A stretch of DNA of 64,000 nucleotides, taken from IMG/VR virus record IMGVR_UViG_2634166501_000001, positions 964 through 64,963 of that record; one strand, 5' to 3'. Made by a program: the position numbers and the translations under genes. Shown here one piece after another: positions 1 through 9,514 of this stretch. The notes under the pieces are model-generated. The model had not been told where the DNA came from and made no database searches. It worked only from the letters and a program-made list of their open reading frames with translations. The DNA is from a virus. Its lineage: Duplodnaviria > Caudoviricetes. The stretch's first letter is position 1, and each line of letters opens with the position of its first letter.

Positions 1-56
1 TGTTCAATTAACCCACCAAAACAACTGTATATACATACATATTTTAGAGCCAAAAT

Positions 57-108
57 TACCCCATTTTTGGCCCATATCGAATATTCGTGCCCCATTTCTG
101 GCCCATTT
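57..108. repeat. Putative integrase arm-type binding sites (left arm)
   Basis: TACCCCATTT/TGGCCCATA and TGCCCCATTT/TGGCCCATTT pairs at 11-bp spacing; same motif pair at 63962-63980. Confidence 0.6.
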
Positions 109-317
109 TAAGTTGCCCAACTTCATGTTGAGCTAAAGTGTTACTCTATAACAAGGATGACCAACTAAGGCCAAGAAGAATACGGGCAGTACTTTTCATT
201 GCGTCCTTCAATGATTATGAGTTCTTAATTTTGTTTATCCTATAGTAAACATGAGTTATTTCTATACATTTGGCCAGTAAACCGACGACGAGATCGCCGC
301 AACCTCAACATTCACAT

Positions 318-579
318 TTGCATTTTTTTTCAAACCAGCATATATTTCGTTTCGAGGCGTCAGAACCTCATAACATAAGCGGATCACACCAACCCCGTAA
401 GCGTTGGCTTTTTTGTGCCTGTCGTTTGAGCACAAACCCCACCATAAGTCTATCTACAGAATTATGTTGGGAGGGCGACGAATACAATACCCTTCGGGGA
501 AATAAGTCCGCGGTTTCTTATGTGCCGTTCTGAACCTCCCAGCACCTTAATTTCAGAAAAAATCATAAGGATATCCAGC
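318..579 (+). promoter_or_regulatory. C4-type antisense control cassette A (divergent type)
   Basis: TTGCAT-17-TATATT promoter; b1 TCAGAA (360), a1 CATAAG (374); terminator 389-415; b2 TCAGAA (553), a2 CATAAG (564) over the RBS. Confidence 0.7.
465..544 (+). ncRNA. C4-like antisense RNA A
   Basis: Closing stem TGTTGGGAGG/CCTCCCAGCA, TTCG hairpin, CTTATG (517) and TTCTGA (528) complementary to flanking a/b sites. Confidence 0.7.
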
Positions 580-648
580 ATGTCTACACAGCTTACCTTT
601 CAAGGCGTTTGCCTTAACCTATTGACAAAGCGCCTAGTTCGGGGCTAA
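580..648 (+). pseudogene. Stub of Bro-N-like antirepressor (MSTQLTFQGVCLN...) interrupted by cassette B
   Basis: RBS plus ATG; N-terminus resembles MTSALTFQNT of the Bro-N genes at 9103 and 39809; runs into the cassette B promoter and stops after 22 codons. Confidence 0.55.
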
Positions 649-891
649 CCTTTAAGGGCACTGGCAAAATCCAGTGCCGGACTCCTACTCCGAATATTCA
701 AAAGGCGCATGTCGCCAACTTCACGTTGGTTTTTTTATGCGTAAAATCCGCACATCTAAATTATGGTGAGCTGGATGAGGCTAGCTTCGGCTGGGCCGTT
801 TCCTTTTGAGCGGTAGTAGGATCCTTGTCCAGTTCACCACCTCAAATCCTACTGTTAGTGGTGAACTCCAAACGATCAAAAGGAGCTTCAC
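622..891 (+). promoter_or_regulatory. C4-type antisense control cassette B
   Basis: TTGACA promoter, GCACTGGCAAAATCCAGTGC hairpin, b1 TCCTACT (683), a1 TCAAAAGG (698), terminator 715-736, b2 (847), a2 (876) over the RBS. Confidence 0.85.
764..840 (+). ncRNA. C4-like antisense RNA B
   Basis: TGGTGAGCTG...CAGTTCACCA closing stem, CTTCGG hairpin, a' CCTTTTGA (802), b' AGTAGGA (815). Confidence 0.85.
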
Positions 892-1503
892 ATGACCACA
901 TTAATCAGTCCAATTGCATCAGCAAAAACATCCGATCTGGTATTTGTTTCTCAGACAAATGAATTAGTTACAGATTCTTTTCATGTTGCTAAGTATTTTG
1001 GCAAGCTTCATAAAAATGTTTTGCAAAAGCTACAGCAGCTAGAGTGCTCGCCAGAATTCACAAAGCTAAATTTTCAGCTTTGCCATAAAAACAATGAGTT
1101 ACAGAACGGAAAGCTTCAACCTTTCTACCAAATGACCAAAGACGGCTTTATGTTCTTGGTGATGGGTTTTACAGGCAAACGCGCCGCAGAAATCAAAGAG
1201 CGCTACATCAACGCCTTCAACGAAATGGAGCAGAAACTGGCAAACAACCAGAAGAAGCTACCAGAACCACAAACCCCAGTACCTTCAATGACACGAGTGA
1301 TGCTTGTTATCGAGAACGGCCAAACTGTGGAAGCAAAACACATTCCTAATGATGCCTTCGTTGTCAGTAAAAGCAGGATTGCCAACCTCATAGCAGAGCC
1401 GGGCATATTCACCATGCAAGAAATGGCGCAAATCTCAGAGGCGGTGAACAAACAAATAGTCGAGATTGCTGTAAGCGCCAGCCGATCTATTGCAAAGCAC
1501 TAA
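892..1503 (+). CDS. Rha-family regulator/antirepressor with shared C-terminal domain
   Basis: Rha motifs VAKYFGKLHKNVL and YQMTKDGFMFLVMGFTGKRAAEIKERYINAFNEME. Confidence 0.9.
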   Translation: MTTLISPIASAKTSDLVFVSQTNELVTDSFHVAKYFGKLHKNVLQKLQQLECSPEFTKLNFQLCHKNNELQNGKLQPFYQMTKDGFMFLVMGFTGKRAAEIKERYINAFNEMEQKLANNQKKLPEPQTPVPSMTRVMLVIENGQTVEAKHIPNDAFVVSKSRIANLIAEPGIFTMQEMAQISEAVNKQIVEIAVSASRSIAKH

Positions 1504-1531
1504 TACACTTCGCTTGTTTTCTTCAGAACGA

Positions 1532-1555
1532 AAAGCCCTCCAGATGGAGGGCTTT
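1532..1555. terminator. Bidirectional intrinsic terminator
   Basis: AAAGCCCTCCAGATGGAGGGCTTT between convergent genes. Confidence 0.75.
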
Positions 1556-1573
1556 AGTGCGATGCTTTAAGAA

Positions 1574-2032
1574 TTAAGCAATTTGCAGTGACTCTGTACG
1601 ATGCCACTTACCATCGCCACATTCTTGAAGTACGAGGTTTTGCTGTGAATTATCAATATCAGCATCAGCAAGAGCTTCAAGCATCAATGCGATATGACTT
1701 TCTTTGTTGATAGACTCTCTATATATAGCTCTAAGCAGTACATCTTGCGGACGCGAAATAGGCGTTTCGCCTTTTTCCCACCTTGCAATTGTCTGTCTAT
1801 CACAAAATAGTAGAGTTCCAAGAGCAGATTGAGACAAATTAAGCTCTTTCCGCAGAAATTTAAATTGTTCTTTAGATAACCATGCACTTTGCTCACATAT
1901 TGCGTTAGCAATTGCTTGATGGATACCTTCAAAGTCATCAAAGCTGACGAACTTTTCGCCATCTTCTTCTTCAATTGTGTATCCATTCTCAAGATAGACG
2001 TTATCTAAGCCACACTCGGTATAATGGTACAT
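1574..2032 (-). CDS. XRE-HTH antitoxin (HigA/MqsA-like)
   Basis: YHYTECGLDNVYLENGY N-terminus; HTH FKFLRKELNLSQSALG...TIARWEKG. Confidence 0.8.
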   Translation of the reverse strand: MYHYTECGLDNVYLENGYTIEEEDGEKFVSFDDFEGIHQAIANAICEQSAWLSKEQFKFLRKELNLSQSALGTLLFCDRQTIARWEKGETPISRPQDVLLRAIYRESINKESHIALMLEALADADIDNSQQNLVLQECGDGKWHRTESLQIA

Positions 2033-2044
2033 AGTGAGTTCTCT

Positions 2045-2401
2045 TCAAGTTACGTAGACCGTGATAGTCTTAGCCGAAGGGTCAATGTCAACAGCATTGA
2101 GCCGGAGAATTACCGTTATGGATTCACCTGCACTGACACCTCTAAGCTGGCAAGTATAATCACCTTGCTTAGCTTCTTCGTTTGGCCCTTCGACCATAGC
2201 TGTTCTTGGGCTCTTCAACACATTAAAAATATCTCGCGTTGAAATGCGTCTCTCCAGCATTCTTTCTTTTGTATGCTGACCTATCCTAATCTTTGATGGA
2301 TGTGAGGTAGCCAGTTCATTAATAAGTTTCAATGCAGTTTTAGACGTTAATGGGCGCTCTAAAACTGGTGAGATTTTTTTACTATTTGGCATATAGACCA
2401 T
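2045..2401 (-). CDS. DUF4258-like (RelE/BrnT-fold) putative toxin
   Basis: HTKERMLERRIS motif, terminal ITVYV, directly upstream of the HTH gene. Confidence 0.7.
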   Translation of the reverse strand: MVYMPNSKKISPVLERPLTSKTALKLINELATSHPSKIRIGQHTKERMLERRISTRDIFNVLKSPRTAMVEGPNEEAKQGDYTCQLRGVSAGESITVILRLNAVDIDPSAKTITVYVT

Positions 2402-2502
2402 TCCTAAATATGCCGTGTTTTCTTCTTATGTCACGGCAATGGTAAGTAAGTTGGGTTGGGTAGCATAGTTCATACACATTTCCTTCAATTCAATCTCGGT
2501 AT

Positions 2503-2550
2503 TTTCAATTACTATTTCAATTACTATTTCAATTACTATTTTCAACTACA
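2503..2550. repeat. 12-bp tandem repeat (TTTCAATTACTA x3 plus a degenerate copy)
   Basis: Read directly; lies in the leader of the TA operon. Confidence 0.9.
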
Positions 2551-2685
2551 AGCATGTGCCATCGTTCCAAGTTCAAAAAAACACTTTCTCCGAGAACACT
2601 GTATCAGCATGATACAATCGTGCACGACTGTCAAGCATGTATCATGATGATACCAGTAAACTTACTTAAACTGCCGAATGATAAC

Positions 2686-5600
2686 TCAATCAAAATAAGG
2701 ATTTACCCTCTTAACCGCCGCTGCAACGATGGCGTTTCTCTGCTCAATTTTACGGTCGATACGCTTTCGCTTTTCTTCTGCAGTCAGTTCTTTTGAACGC
2801 ATAATGAGATCGATTTGGCTATTTAGCTGCCTAACCTGTTTTTGAGTTTCCTTCAGTGGCTTCCTTGCATTGAGAATTTTCCCTCGATCTTCCATCAATT
2901 CCCTAGCCCGCTCAAAACGGCCGTCCTTTCTGTACTCGTTCACCGTTCGATACAACTCTTCTGCTTCTCGCATCATCTTATACATATCATCGAGATACTT
3001 TGTTGAGCGAGCACGATCACTTCCTTGATAAACGGATTTAATCACGAGCAAATCCTGAGCTTTTAGGGCAGGTTTTGCACCGTAATCCCCCATCTGTCTC
3101 GCTACATAATCACTCATCCATAAAGCGTAGCTACCTACCGTTCCTAAATATCCATTGAAAATGTGTTCCAGTTTTTTCGGTGACATTCCGGTAAGCTCAC
3201 CAATCTCGCGCATGGTGATCGACGTCCGCTCGTTATACCTCGCCTCTGGCATCATGCTCAAATCGGCCATATTCTCAATGGGCTGACCTCTGAACATGGA
3301 ATAATTAAAGTATGCTTCAACCAGTGGGTTTACTACCTGAGGAACAGGGTTAAGCGCGAATGTGCTCACTAGGTTTCGACCAAATGCATTGCGCAAATCT
3401 TCCATGCTATCTTCATAGAATGCTGCATTGACTATGCGCTCAGGGAAAGTGCCAAATAGCACACCAATTTCGAACGGCTTGGGAACGCGCCAATGTTGAT
3501 CGCCAAACCAGAAATGCCAGTTCATGTCCTTGTCCCAATCAGGCAGCTCTTGGTAGCGCTCATCGTTACCGTTGATAAGTACGAGAGCAACGGACGCTGC
3601 CGCAATCATACCTCCGCGCTGTGCAATCTGGACTGAGTTCGCTTTGGCCTCTCTGGCCAGTTTGCCTAGGCCCTGCAACCGCGCGTTAAAAAACGGCAGC
3701 ACATCACCTAAGAACATGGCAACTTTGCTATTCCCATGCAAAGAGAAATCCATCAAGTCTTTTGCTTCAAATACCGCTTGAGCTTTTGTTTTGCCTGCTT
3801 TAATTGCGGCTTCATAAACGGCCTCACGGCTAGCATTTTCAAGTCCTTCTCCGAACTCAATGTATTTATCCCAGCCCTTACTCAACGCTCCCATCAACTG
3901 AGATTTATCGGTGATCAACGAGTTTTGGTATTTGCGAATGTCAGCCTCACTCAACCCTTTGCGTTTTAGGGCTTTCCTTACGCTGTCTGCCATCGCCTGC
4001 GGGTCATTTCCGTTGACATAGCCGCCAAGAAATGAAGCCCCAGAGAACATCATATCTAAGGTTCCACCCTCTTTTTTAAGGGTCTTCCCTACCCCCCTGA
4101 ACGAATCAACAATTGGCGTGAAGCCATCTTTGCTGATGGCCCAAGAGGATAGCGAGTCTCGCAGGAAGTTCCTGAGCATAAAATCAGGTGACACCGTCAC
4201 TGTTGAGGTTAACAACCTTTTTGCACCTCTAGCCACCTTCATGAATGGATGATTGGTCCTCTCCATGTCGATTTGAGTCATCGCTCTGAAAAGATCGGCA
4301 TCTGCAACTTTAACCAAGTAGTCCTCTCCCTCTACTTTTACGTGCACAGCATCTGCCGCTTTAAACTGCATCAAGTTCGGCTTCGGTACCACTTCGATAA
4401 GATCGGTGTCAGCAAGGTTATAAACCACTTTCTGCATTGCCATATTCTTCATTGAGGCATCAACCAACTTACCTGTGTTAATGAAGATGTTTTCCAGAAT
4501 GTCGTTTACGTTCTTATCAGAACCCTTGAGCTTTTTGATTTGAGCACTTTGGTTTGCAATCCCTCGCCCTTTCCATGGGCCGATAACGGAATCCAGACCT
4601 TTTTCATTGGCTTTATCATCTTGTCGATAGAAAGGAACGTACCACTCACTTTCCCATTCATTGCGGCTGTCTTTATCAATCAATCCCGCGTCTTGAGCTA
4701 AATCGAGCAACGCCTTGTTCATAGCATTGTATTTTGCTTTCGCCCGCTTGAACTCATCTTGCTTACCCTCACCGAGCAGGAGTAGTTCATTGATTTCATC
4801 CTCACTGAGAAGGTTCTCCCTACCCTGTGTTTTTAACTGCTTCGCTCGATTACCTGCCATCCATGCAAGCCAATTGTGTAAATCCTTGCCTAATTCATCA
4901 AAAATACCGAGCAGACTATCTGCCTCTCCGGTATTGTCTCGTTTCTGAATGATGCCATCTTTCCATTCTGGGATCCCGTAGAGCATCACGGCTTGCATAA
5001 CCGATGACGATCCCGCGGCCAAACGCGCAGCTACATAACCACTATCTTCCGCGTTAGTAATTCCCGCCTTATCTTCCGCGTACTTAATAGGGGCTAACCC
5101 ATCAAACCAGCCAGTATTGACGCGCTTCATTCTCTCTTGAAAGAGTTCAAACCACTCCGCTTTGCTTTTGCCTACCAGTTCCTTGGTGAATTCTTTCGCA
5201 AGTTCTGCTTTGGATTTTTTTGGGCCAAGGCCAAGTTTTTCAGCGAGTTCAGGGGTCAACGTTTGCTCTTTGACTTTTCTGGAGAACTTAAGATCTTCAC
5301 CTTTGGTATTGTTCGAAACGCCTTTGACGGCTTTGTCCTCTATGGATACACTTTTATTGGCTTCCGCAACTCTGCTAGTATTGTTATCGGGTTCTAGGGG
5401 AAGTAGGCGCGGCCCTGAATCGTTGCCACCGGAAGCGATAACCTCTTCTTTACTCGGCTGTTCATTTTTTGAAAATAAAGTCTGAGAAAGTTTTGTCTCA
5501 ACATTCTGCGCCTCTGGGCGAGTTCGGTCTTTCCATTGATTAACAGATTTAATGCGGTCGCTCAGCGTTTGTACAATGTTGTACATTTCTGCCTTAGTCA

Positions 5601-8409
5601 TATCACTATGGTTCATTAAACCAACGCGACGCAAGGCGTGAGCTATCAATTCAACAATACTATCAAACCAACGCTTAATTGCTGGACGCTCAATTTCCGC
5701 AGCGTGAGCAAGCACCTCTTCGACTTGGTATAGTGGCTCAAAACCTTTGTAATTTCTTTCAACGGTATCCCACAGCTCTTTGAGATATGGTGAATTTTTA
5801 CCACGTGCGATACGCTCCATGATCTTCATGTATTCCATATCGCCAACCACCGCGCGAAGCCCGTGATGTACCAGTACTTCATGACGAAGTTTATGACGCA
5901 GATCTTTGGGGCTTTCGATGTTGTCAGCAACGACCACCGCAAGCCGTTTGGCATCACTGTAAAGCGCGCCAACCAACGCCCCTTCGAACCTTGCCCCCAT
6001 GATTGCCTCTGCCTCTGCTTGAGTTTTTACCACTTTGATATCCACACCCGCGCCGCCTTTGTAGGTTTTTAACCATTGATCGGCGGCTAGCTCCGCTTCT
6101 TTTATGGCCATTCCTTTGGCTGGCACATGAGATAAAACACTTTCTCGACTAAATGAAATGGCTTTTTCTCTAACTCCAAATTCTTCCTGCAATTGCTGGT
6201 GAGCTTGTCGGTTTATTGACTCAGGCGTATCACTGTTGAGCTGTTGATACTGTTCAAATGGTAACTGTGCCAAGGCAAGGTCGTAGTTGCTTTCATACTC
6301 GGTTTCAAGATCACTCATCGCCTTAGCGTAACCAGGCGAGCTCTCTTTTAAGCCCTTCGCTTTCGCCATCTTCTTTAAATGTTGTTTTTTTGAGGCTCTG
6401 AGTATTTCCGGCAGTTCTACTTTTTGCTCTACGGCTGGCAGGTTCTCCACATCGGATTGTAGGCTTTGCTGTAATTGAGGCTCGGTTGGTTCCAATGGTT
6501 CTGGCGGTACTGCTAGGTTTGCGTTTTCTGACTCACTTTTACCTTTTGGTTGAAGCGGTTTCGTTAATTCAGGCGTAGTCGTTTCCTCAGCATAACTATA
6601 AGCGGGCTCTCCATTTTCAATCTGATCGCCTGCTGAGGAGGCTACTGCATTCTCTCCAGCCTCCTTAGCTTGAAAAGTGGGCACATCCTCTTGCGGCAAA
6701 GCGACTTCGATTGACGAAAGGTCTGACCCTTTAGGTTCTTGCTCAGGCTGAATAGATGCCGGTTGAGGAATATCTTGGCTCATTTCATTTGGGGATTGAC
6801 TGGATGCCAATGCCCGAAATTCCTTAAGCAACTCTATTTTTTCTGTCGTTGTTGTATTTTTGCTTTTAAGGGCCTTAATGATCTGATGGCTCCGATTGGG
6901 ATCGGCTTGCTCGGCGGCATACATCATGGCTTTAAACTGTTCAGTAATGCCATCAGCCTGAGGCTCACTTGCTACCGTCTCTTGCGCGTTGAGAACTTGA
7001 TTGCCATCATCGGGTTGTGGAACCTTTACCTCTGGTTGCTGTATCGATGGATCCTGAGACAACGGCTGGCTTACTGGCGCATCTTCATCACCACGCAGTT
7101 GCGCGCCTAAGTCAGACATCACAGGGGCGATCTCTTCAGGGATTGGAGTAGCGCCTTCTGGCATAGTTTCAGAGGCATTATTTTGGGCTTCGTTAGATGA
7201 ACTTCCACGCAACTGAGAAGCAAGCTCGTTAACCACTTCGCTTTGATCGTCGGGGATAGGCATTTGTTCAGGAGCCAAATCAGAGCTCTCGTTTGCATAG
7301 TGCTTGCCTCGGTAACCACCAATAGCACCCGGTACGCCACCAACGATTGCGCCGATGGTTCCCCCCTCTGCCGCCGCCGATTTCACCCCGCTCCAAGGGT
7401 CTATATTTGTGCCAGCGACATCATTGAGAATCTGATTTTGTGAGTAAGTTTGAGTGCCGGACTCCAGTGCTTCTGTGCTTGCCTCCGTTGCCGCCCCTTT
7501 CAGTGCGCCGCCAGTGATAGATTTGCCTAGTGTGCCGGTGATTGCATTGAACAGAACCTTATCACCCAAGGCGCTCGCTGCGCTTGCTGCAATCGCTTTT
7601 GGATCACTGCTCATTTGCAAACTTGCATGGTTCGCGGTTTCTTCTTTGGCTAAATCGAATAGCTCGGTGGCACTTAAGTTTTGATTTTCTGGATGATCGG
7701 AAACTCGCATTAGTGCATCGCGAAAGAAATCAGAATTTTCGTAGAGCCAAGCAGAATCCATATTCATCACGGCGTCACGCGCATCCATACTCGCGCCGCC
7801 AAGTGAGGCACCAAACCCAGCACCAGCCGCACCAGTAGCAGCGATACGTTTAATCGCCTTATCAGCCACCGCCTGCGCAACTTCTTCCGTTAGCCCTTTT
7901 TTCATCATCGACTTGGTTATCGTACCGCGTAGAAGCGTTTTTGCTCCTGCCCCAGCGACACCACCACCTGCAAAAGTCGCAGCCCATGATCCTATAGCGT
8001 TTGCTGCCTTTATAGCCCAAACATCAATATCACCTGCGCCATTTCCCAGCCCCATCCCAAAAGGACCGTTACCATCTTCGGTGTACAGCTCTCTCGTCAT
8101 GGCTTCTTGGGCGTCAGGAGTCATGTTTTCTTGTAGGTAATCCGCACCTGAGGTTGCTACATCACGCAAGCTTTCGCCAACGCCCAAGTAATTCTCGGCA
8201 AGTTCACCTACCCCAGCAATGCTTCGTAAAGCGCCGCTGCCTGCCGCTTTTACATAATCCATTCCAGACACATCGAGATCTTTTAGAGGCTCAGACGAAT
8301 GTTTAAACGTGAAGCCTTCCGGCAAAAATGGCTCTTGGCTCATGTCGGTTTTTGCATTCACCGTCGCTTTTGAATTCATGTTTTGTCCAAGTAACTGCTT
8401 ATCTTGCAT
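2686..8409 (-). CDS. Large polyvalent internal virion/ejection protein (zincin-like domain, LPD38-like C-terminus)
   Basis: About 1900 aa; Gly/Ala-rich N-terminus, HEVLVHHGL motif, YQELPDWDKDMNWHF...RVPKPFEIG region; RBS GGAG before ATG 8409. Confidence 0.8.
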   Translation of the reverse strand: MQDKQLLGQNMNSKATVNAKTDMSQEPFLPEGFTFKHSSEPLKDLDVSGMDYVKAAGSGALRSIAGVGELAENYLGVGESLRDVATSGADYLQENMTPDAQEAMTRELYTEDGNGPFGMGLGNGAGDIDVWAIKAANAIGSWAATFAGGGVAGAGAKTLLRGTITKSMMKKGLTEEVAQAVADKAIKRIAATGAAGAGFGASLGGASMDARDAVMNMDSAWLYENSDFFRDALMRVSDHPENQNLSATELFDLAKEETANHASLQMSSDPKAIAASAASALGDKVLFNAITGTLGKSITGGALKGAATEASTEALESGTQTYSQNQILNDVAGTNIDPWSGVKSAAAEGGTIGAIVGGVPGAIGGYRGKHYANESSDLAPEQMPIPDDQSEVVNELASQLRGSSSNEAQNNASETMPEGATPIPEEIAPVMSDLGAQLRGDEDAPVSQPLSQDPSIQQPEVKVPQPDDGNQVLNAQETVASEPQADGITEQFKAMMYAAEQADPNRSHQIIKALKSKNTTTTEKIELLKEFRALASSQSPNEMSQDIPQPASIQPEQEPKGSDLSSIEVALPQEDVPTFQAKEAGENAVASSAGDQIENGEPAYSYAEETTTPELTKPLQPKGKSESENANLAVPPEPLEPTEPQLQQSLQSDVENLPAVEQKVELPEILRASKKQHLKKMAKAKGLKESSPGYAKAMSDLETEYESNYDLALAQLPFEQYQQLNSDTPESINRQAHQQLQEEFGVREKAISFSRESVLSHVPAKGMAIKEAELAADQWLKTYKGGAGVDIKVVKTQAEAEAIMGARFEGALVGALYSDAKRLAVVVADNIESPKDLRHKLRHEVLVHHGLRAVVGDMEYMKIMERIARGKNSPYLKELWDTVERNYKGFEPLYQVEEVLAHAAEIERPAIKRWFDSIVELIAHALRRVGLMNHSDMTKAEMYNIVQTLSDRIKSVNQWKDRTRPEAQNVETKLSQTLFSKNEQPSKEEVIASGGNDSGPRLLPLEPDNNTSRVAEANKSVSIEDKAVKGVSNNTKGEDLKFSRKVKEQTLTPELAEKLGLGPKKSKAELAKEFTKELVGKSKAEWFELFQERMKRVNTGWFDGLAPIKYAEDKAGITNAEDSGYVAARLAAGSSSVMQAVMLYGIPEWKDGIIQKRDNTGEADSLLGIFDELGKDLHNWLAWMAGNRAKQLKTQGRENLLSEDEINELLLLGEGKQDEFKRAKAKYNAMNKALLDLAQDAGLIDKDSRNEWESEWYVPFYRQDDKANEKGLDSVIGPWKGRGIANQSAQIKKLKGSDKNVNDILENIFINTGKLVDASMKNMAMQKVVYNLADTDLIEVVPKPNLMQFKAADAVHVKVEGEDYLVKVADADLFRAMTQIDMERTNHPFMKVARGAKRLLTSTVTVSPDFMLRNFLRDSLSSWAISKDGFTPIVDSFRGVGKTLKKEGGTLDMMFSGASFLGGYVNGNDPQAMADSVRKALKRKGLSEADIRKYQNSLITDKSQLMGALSKGWDKYIEFGEGLENASREAVYEAAIKAGKTKAQAVFEAKDLMDFSLHGNSKVAMFLGDVLPFFNARLQGLGKLAREAKANSVQIAQRGGMIAAASVALVLINGNDERYQELPDWDKDMNWHFWFGDQHWRVPKPFEIGVLFGTFPERIVNAAFYEDSMEDLRNAFGRNLVSTFALNPVPQVVNPLVEAYFNYSMFRGQPIENMADLSMMPEARYNERTSITMREIGELTGMSPKKLEHIFNGYLGTVGSYALWMSDYVARQMGDYGAKPALKAQDLLVIKSVYQGSDRARSTKYLDDMYKMMREAEELYRTVNEYRKDGRFERARELMEDRGKILNARKPLKETQKQVRQLNSQIDLIMRSKELTAEEKRKRIDRKIEQRNAIVAAAVKRVNPYFD

Positions 8410-8425
8410 GGTTTTCTCCGGGTAT

Positions 8426-8498
8426 AAAAAAAGCCCCACCCGAAAGGGTGAGGCTTGGCACTATGGGTAAATCATACCCCGATTTTTGGTGAATGCTA
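8426..8498 (-). promoter_or_regulatory. pR'-like promoter plus immediate terminator (copy 3)
   Basis: TAGCAT-16-TATGAT with CCAAAAA..GG spacer, then CCCAT and hairpin AAGCCTCACCC/GGGTGGGGCTT-T7. Confidence 0.6.
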
Positions 8499-8506
8499 TT
8501 ACTGCA

Positions 8507-9103
8507 TCAATGTGTAGAAATAGATCGGCTAGCGCTTACAGCAATCTCGACTATTTGTTTATTCACGGCTTCGGAGATTTGCGCCATTTCTTGCATAGTA
8601 AAAATGCCCGGCTCTGCAATTAGGTTGGCAATCCGGCTTTTGCTGACAACGAAGGCATCGCTAGGGATGTGTTTGGCTTCCACGGTTTGGCCGTTCTCGA
8701 TAACGAGCATGATCCGCGTCATAGAAGGAATTGGCAGTTGCGGTTCTGGTAGTGTTGGTGTGAGGGGCTGAGTTTGGCCTGATTCGGCTTCTTTATCGAG
8801 AATATCCAAAACCCACTTGCGGAATTCTTTGGCTTTTTCAGTTCTAGCGAACATGGCGATGAGATGAGCACCGCGTAGTGAGAAAATACGGGCCGTTTTC
8901 TGATAGTTTCCTGAGAGAGCCAATTTGACCTCCTCAGTCATTCCACGAGTAAACTCATCTGAATTTCTGCGGTAAATACGACTAATAGAATTCGAATTAG
9001 CATAGCCCAATGCCGTAGCTATATCTGCCGCTGCTAGCCAGATCTTGTTTTGTTTTTCGACAACATCAAAGCGAGTGTTTTGAAAAGTTAGTGCTGAAGT
9101 CAT
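8507..9103 (-). CDS. Bro-N antirepressor with shared C-terminal domain
   Basis: WLAAADIATALGY...RIFSLRGAHLIAMFARTEKAKEFRKWVLDIL. Confidence 0.9.
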   Translation of the reverse strand: MTSALTFQNTRFDVVEKQNKIWLAAADIATALGYANSNSISRIYRRNSDEFTRGMTEEVKLALSGNYQKTARIFSLRGAHLIAMFARTEKAKEFRKWVLDILDKEAESGQTQPLTPTLPEPQLPIPSMTRIMLVIENGQTVEAKHIPSDAFVVSKSRIANLIAEPGIFTMQEMAQISEAVNKQIVEIAVSASRSISTH

Positions 9104-9174
9104 ACCCACCCCCAAGCAGTGATTTCGATGGTTGATTTAAATCTAGATTGACCTATAATTACGTTGTCTTTCAT
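9100..9174 (-). CDS. 24-aa leader ORF translationally coupled to the antirepressor
   Basis: MKDNVIIGQSRFKSTIEITAWGWV; stop overlaps the next start (ATGA). Confidence 0.4.
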   Translation of the reverse strand: MKDNVIIGQSRFKSTIEITAWGWV

Positions 9175-9243
9175 AAACATTTCACTTCTGTTAGTTGAAT
9201 GGTGAGACACATAAACCTCAGTGTTGCTGCGCTGGGGTTTTTT
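9165..9243 (+). ncRNA. sar-like antisense RNA
   Basis: TTGATT-16-TATAAT promoter (9132-9159) facing the hairpin AAACCTCAGTG..CGCTGGGGTTT-T run; antisense to the arc-ant intergenic region as in P22. Confidence 0.65.
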
Positions 9244-9244
9244 C

Positions 9245-9436
9245 TTATCCAAGATCTTCACTTTCCGCATAGTACTTCCTTAAACTGACCAGTATTTCCG
9301 AATTAAGAGAGCGTCCGTTCTCTTCCGCTTTCTGTCGGATCACTTCAACAAATTCCGCTGACATTCGTAAATGTACCTGTTTTGCATTCTTTCCTCTCTG
9401 ACCTCTAAGTTGATCAATTCGCATATTTTCTAACAT
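9245..9436 (-). CDS. Arc-family ribbon-helix-helix repressor
   Basis: QVHLRMSAEFVEVIRQKAEENGRSLNSEILVSL; RBS GAGGTG. Confidence 0.85.
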   Translation of the reverse strand: MLENMRIDQLRGQRGKNAKQVHLRMSAEFVEVIRQKAEENGRSLNSEILVSLRKYYAESEDLG

Positions 9437-9461
9437 TTTCACCTCTATCATGATGATGCAT

Positions 9462-9514
9462 TGGAACCAATTTGGTTCCATTGATAATTTAGGACCAATA
9501 TGGTTCCATGTCAA
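9462..9514. promoter_or_regulatory. Two operator palindromes and leftward promoter of the arc/mnt-like switch
   Basis: TGGAACCAATTTGGTTCCA (9462-9480), TAGGACCAATATGGTTCCA (9490-9508); minus-strand TTGACA-17-TAAATT. Confidence 0.7.

Noticed and set aside
1-120. att core direct repeat between the two window ends
   Set aside because: Only short arm-type motifs are shared; no longer identical core is visible, so it probably lies outside the window
270-533. 87-aa ORF (and similar ORFs 39862-40062, 39947-40252, 55893-56162, 61169-61376) overlapping the C4-type cassettes
   Set aside because: No good RBS; the conservation is explained by RNA structure and a/b complementarity. A short icd/kil-like peptide cannot be fully excluded.
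1203-1451. Recurrent antisense ORFs (also 8493-8771, 56611-56892, 61764-62000) that resemble each other
   Set aside because: Shadows of the shared antirepressor C-terminal domain on the opposite strand
2503-2550. Possible CRISPR array
   Set aside because: 12-bp units with no spacers and no cas genes
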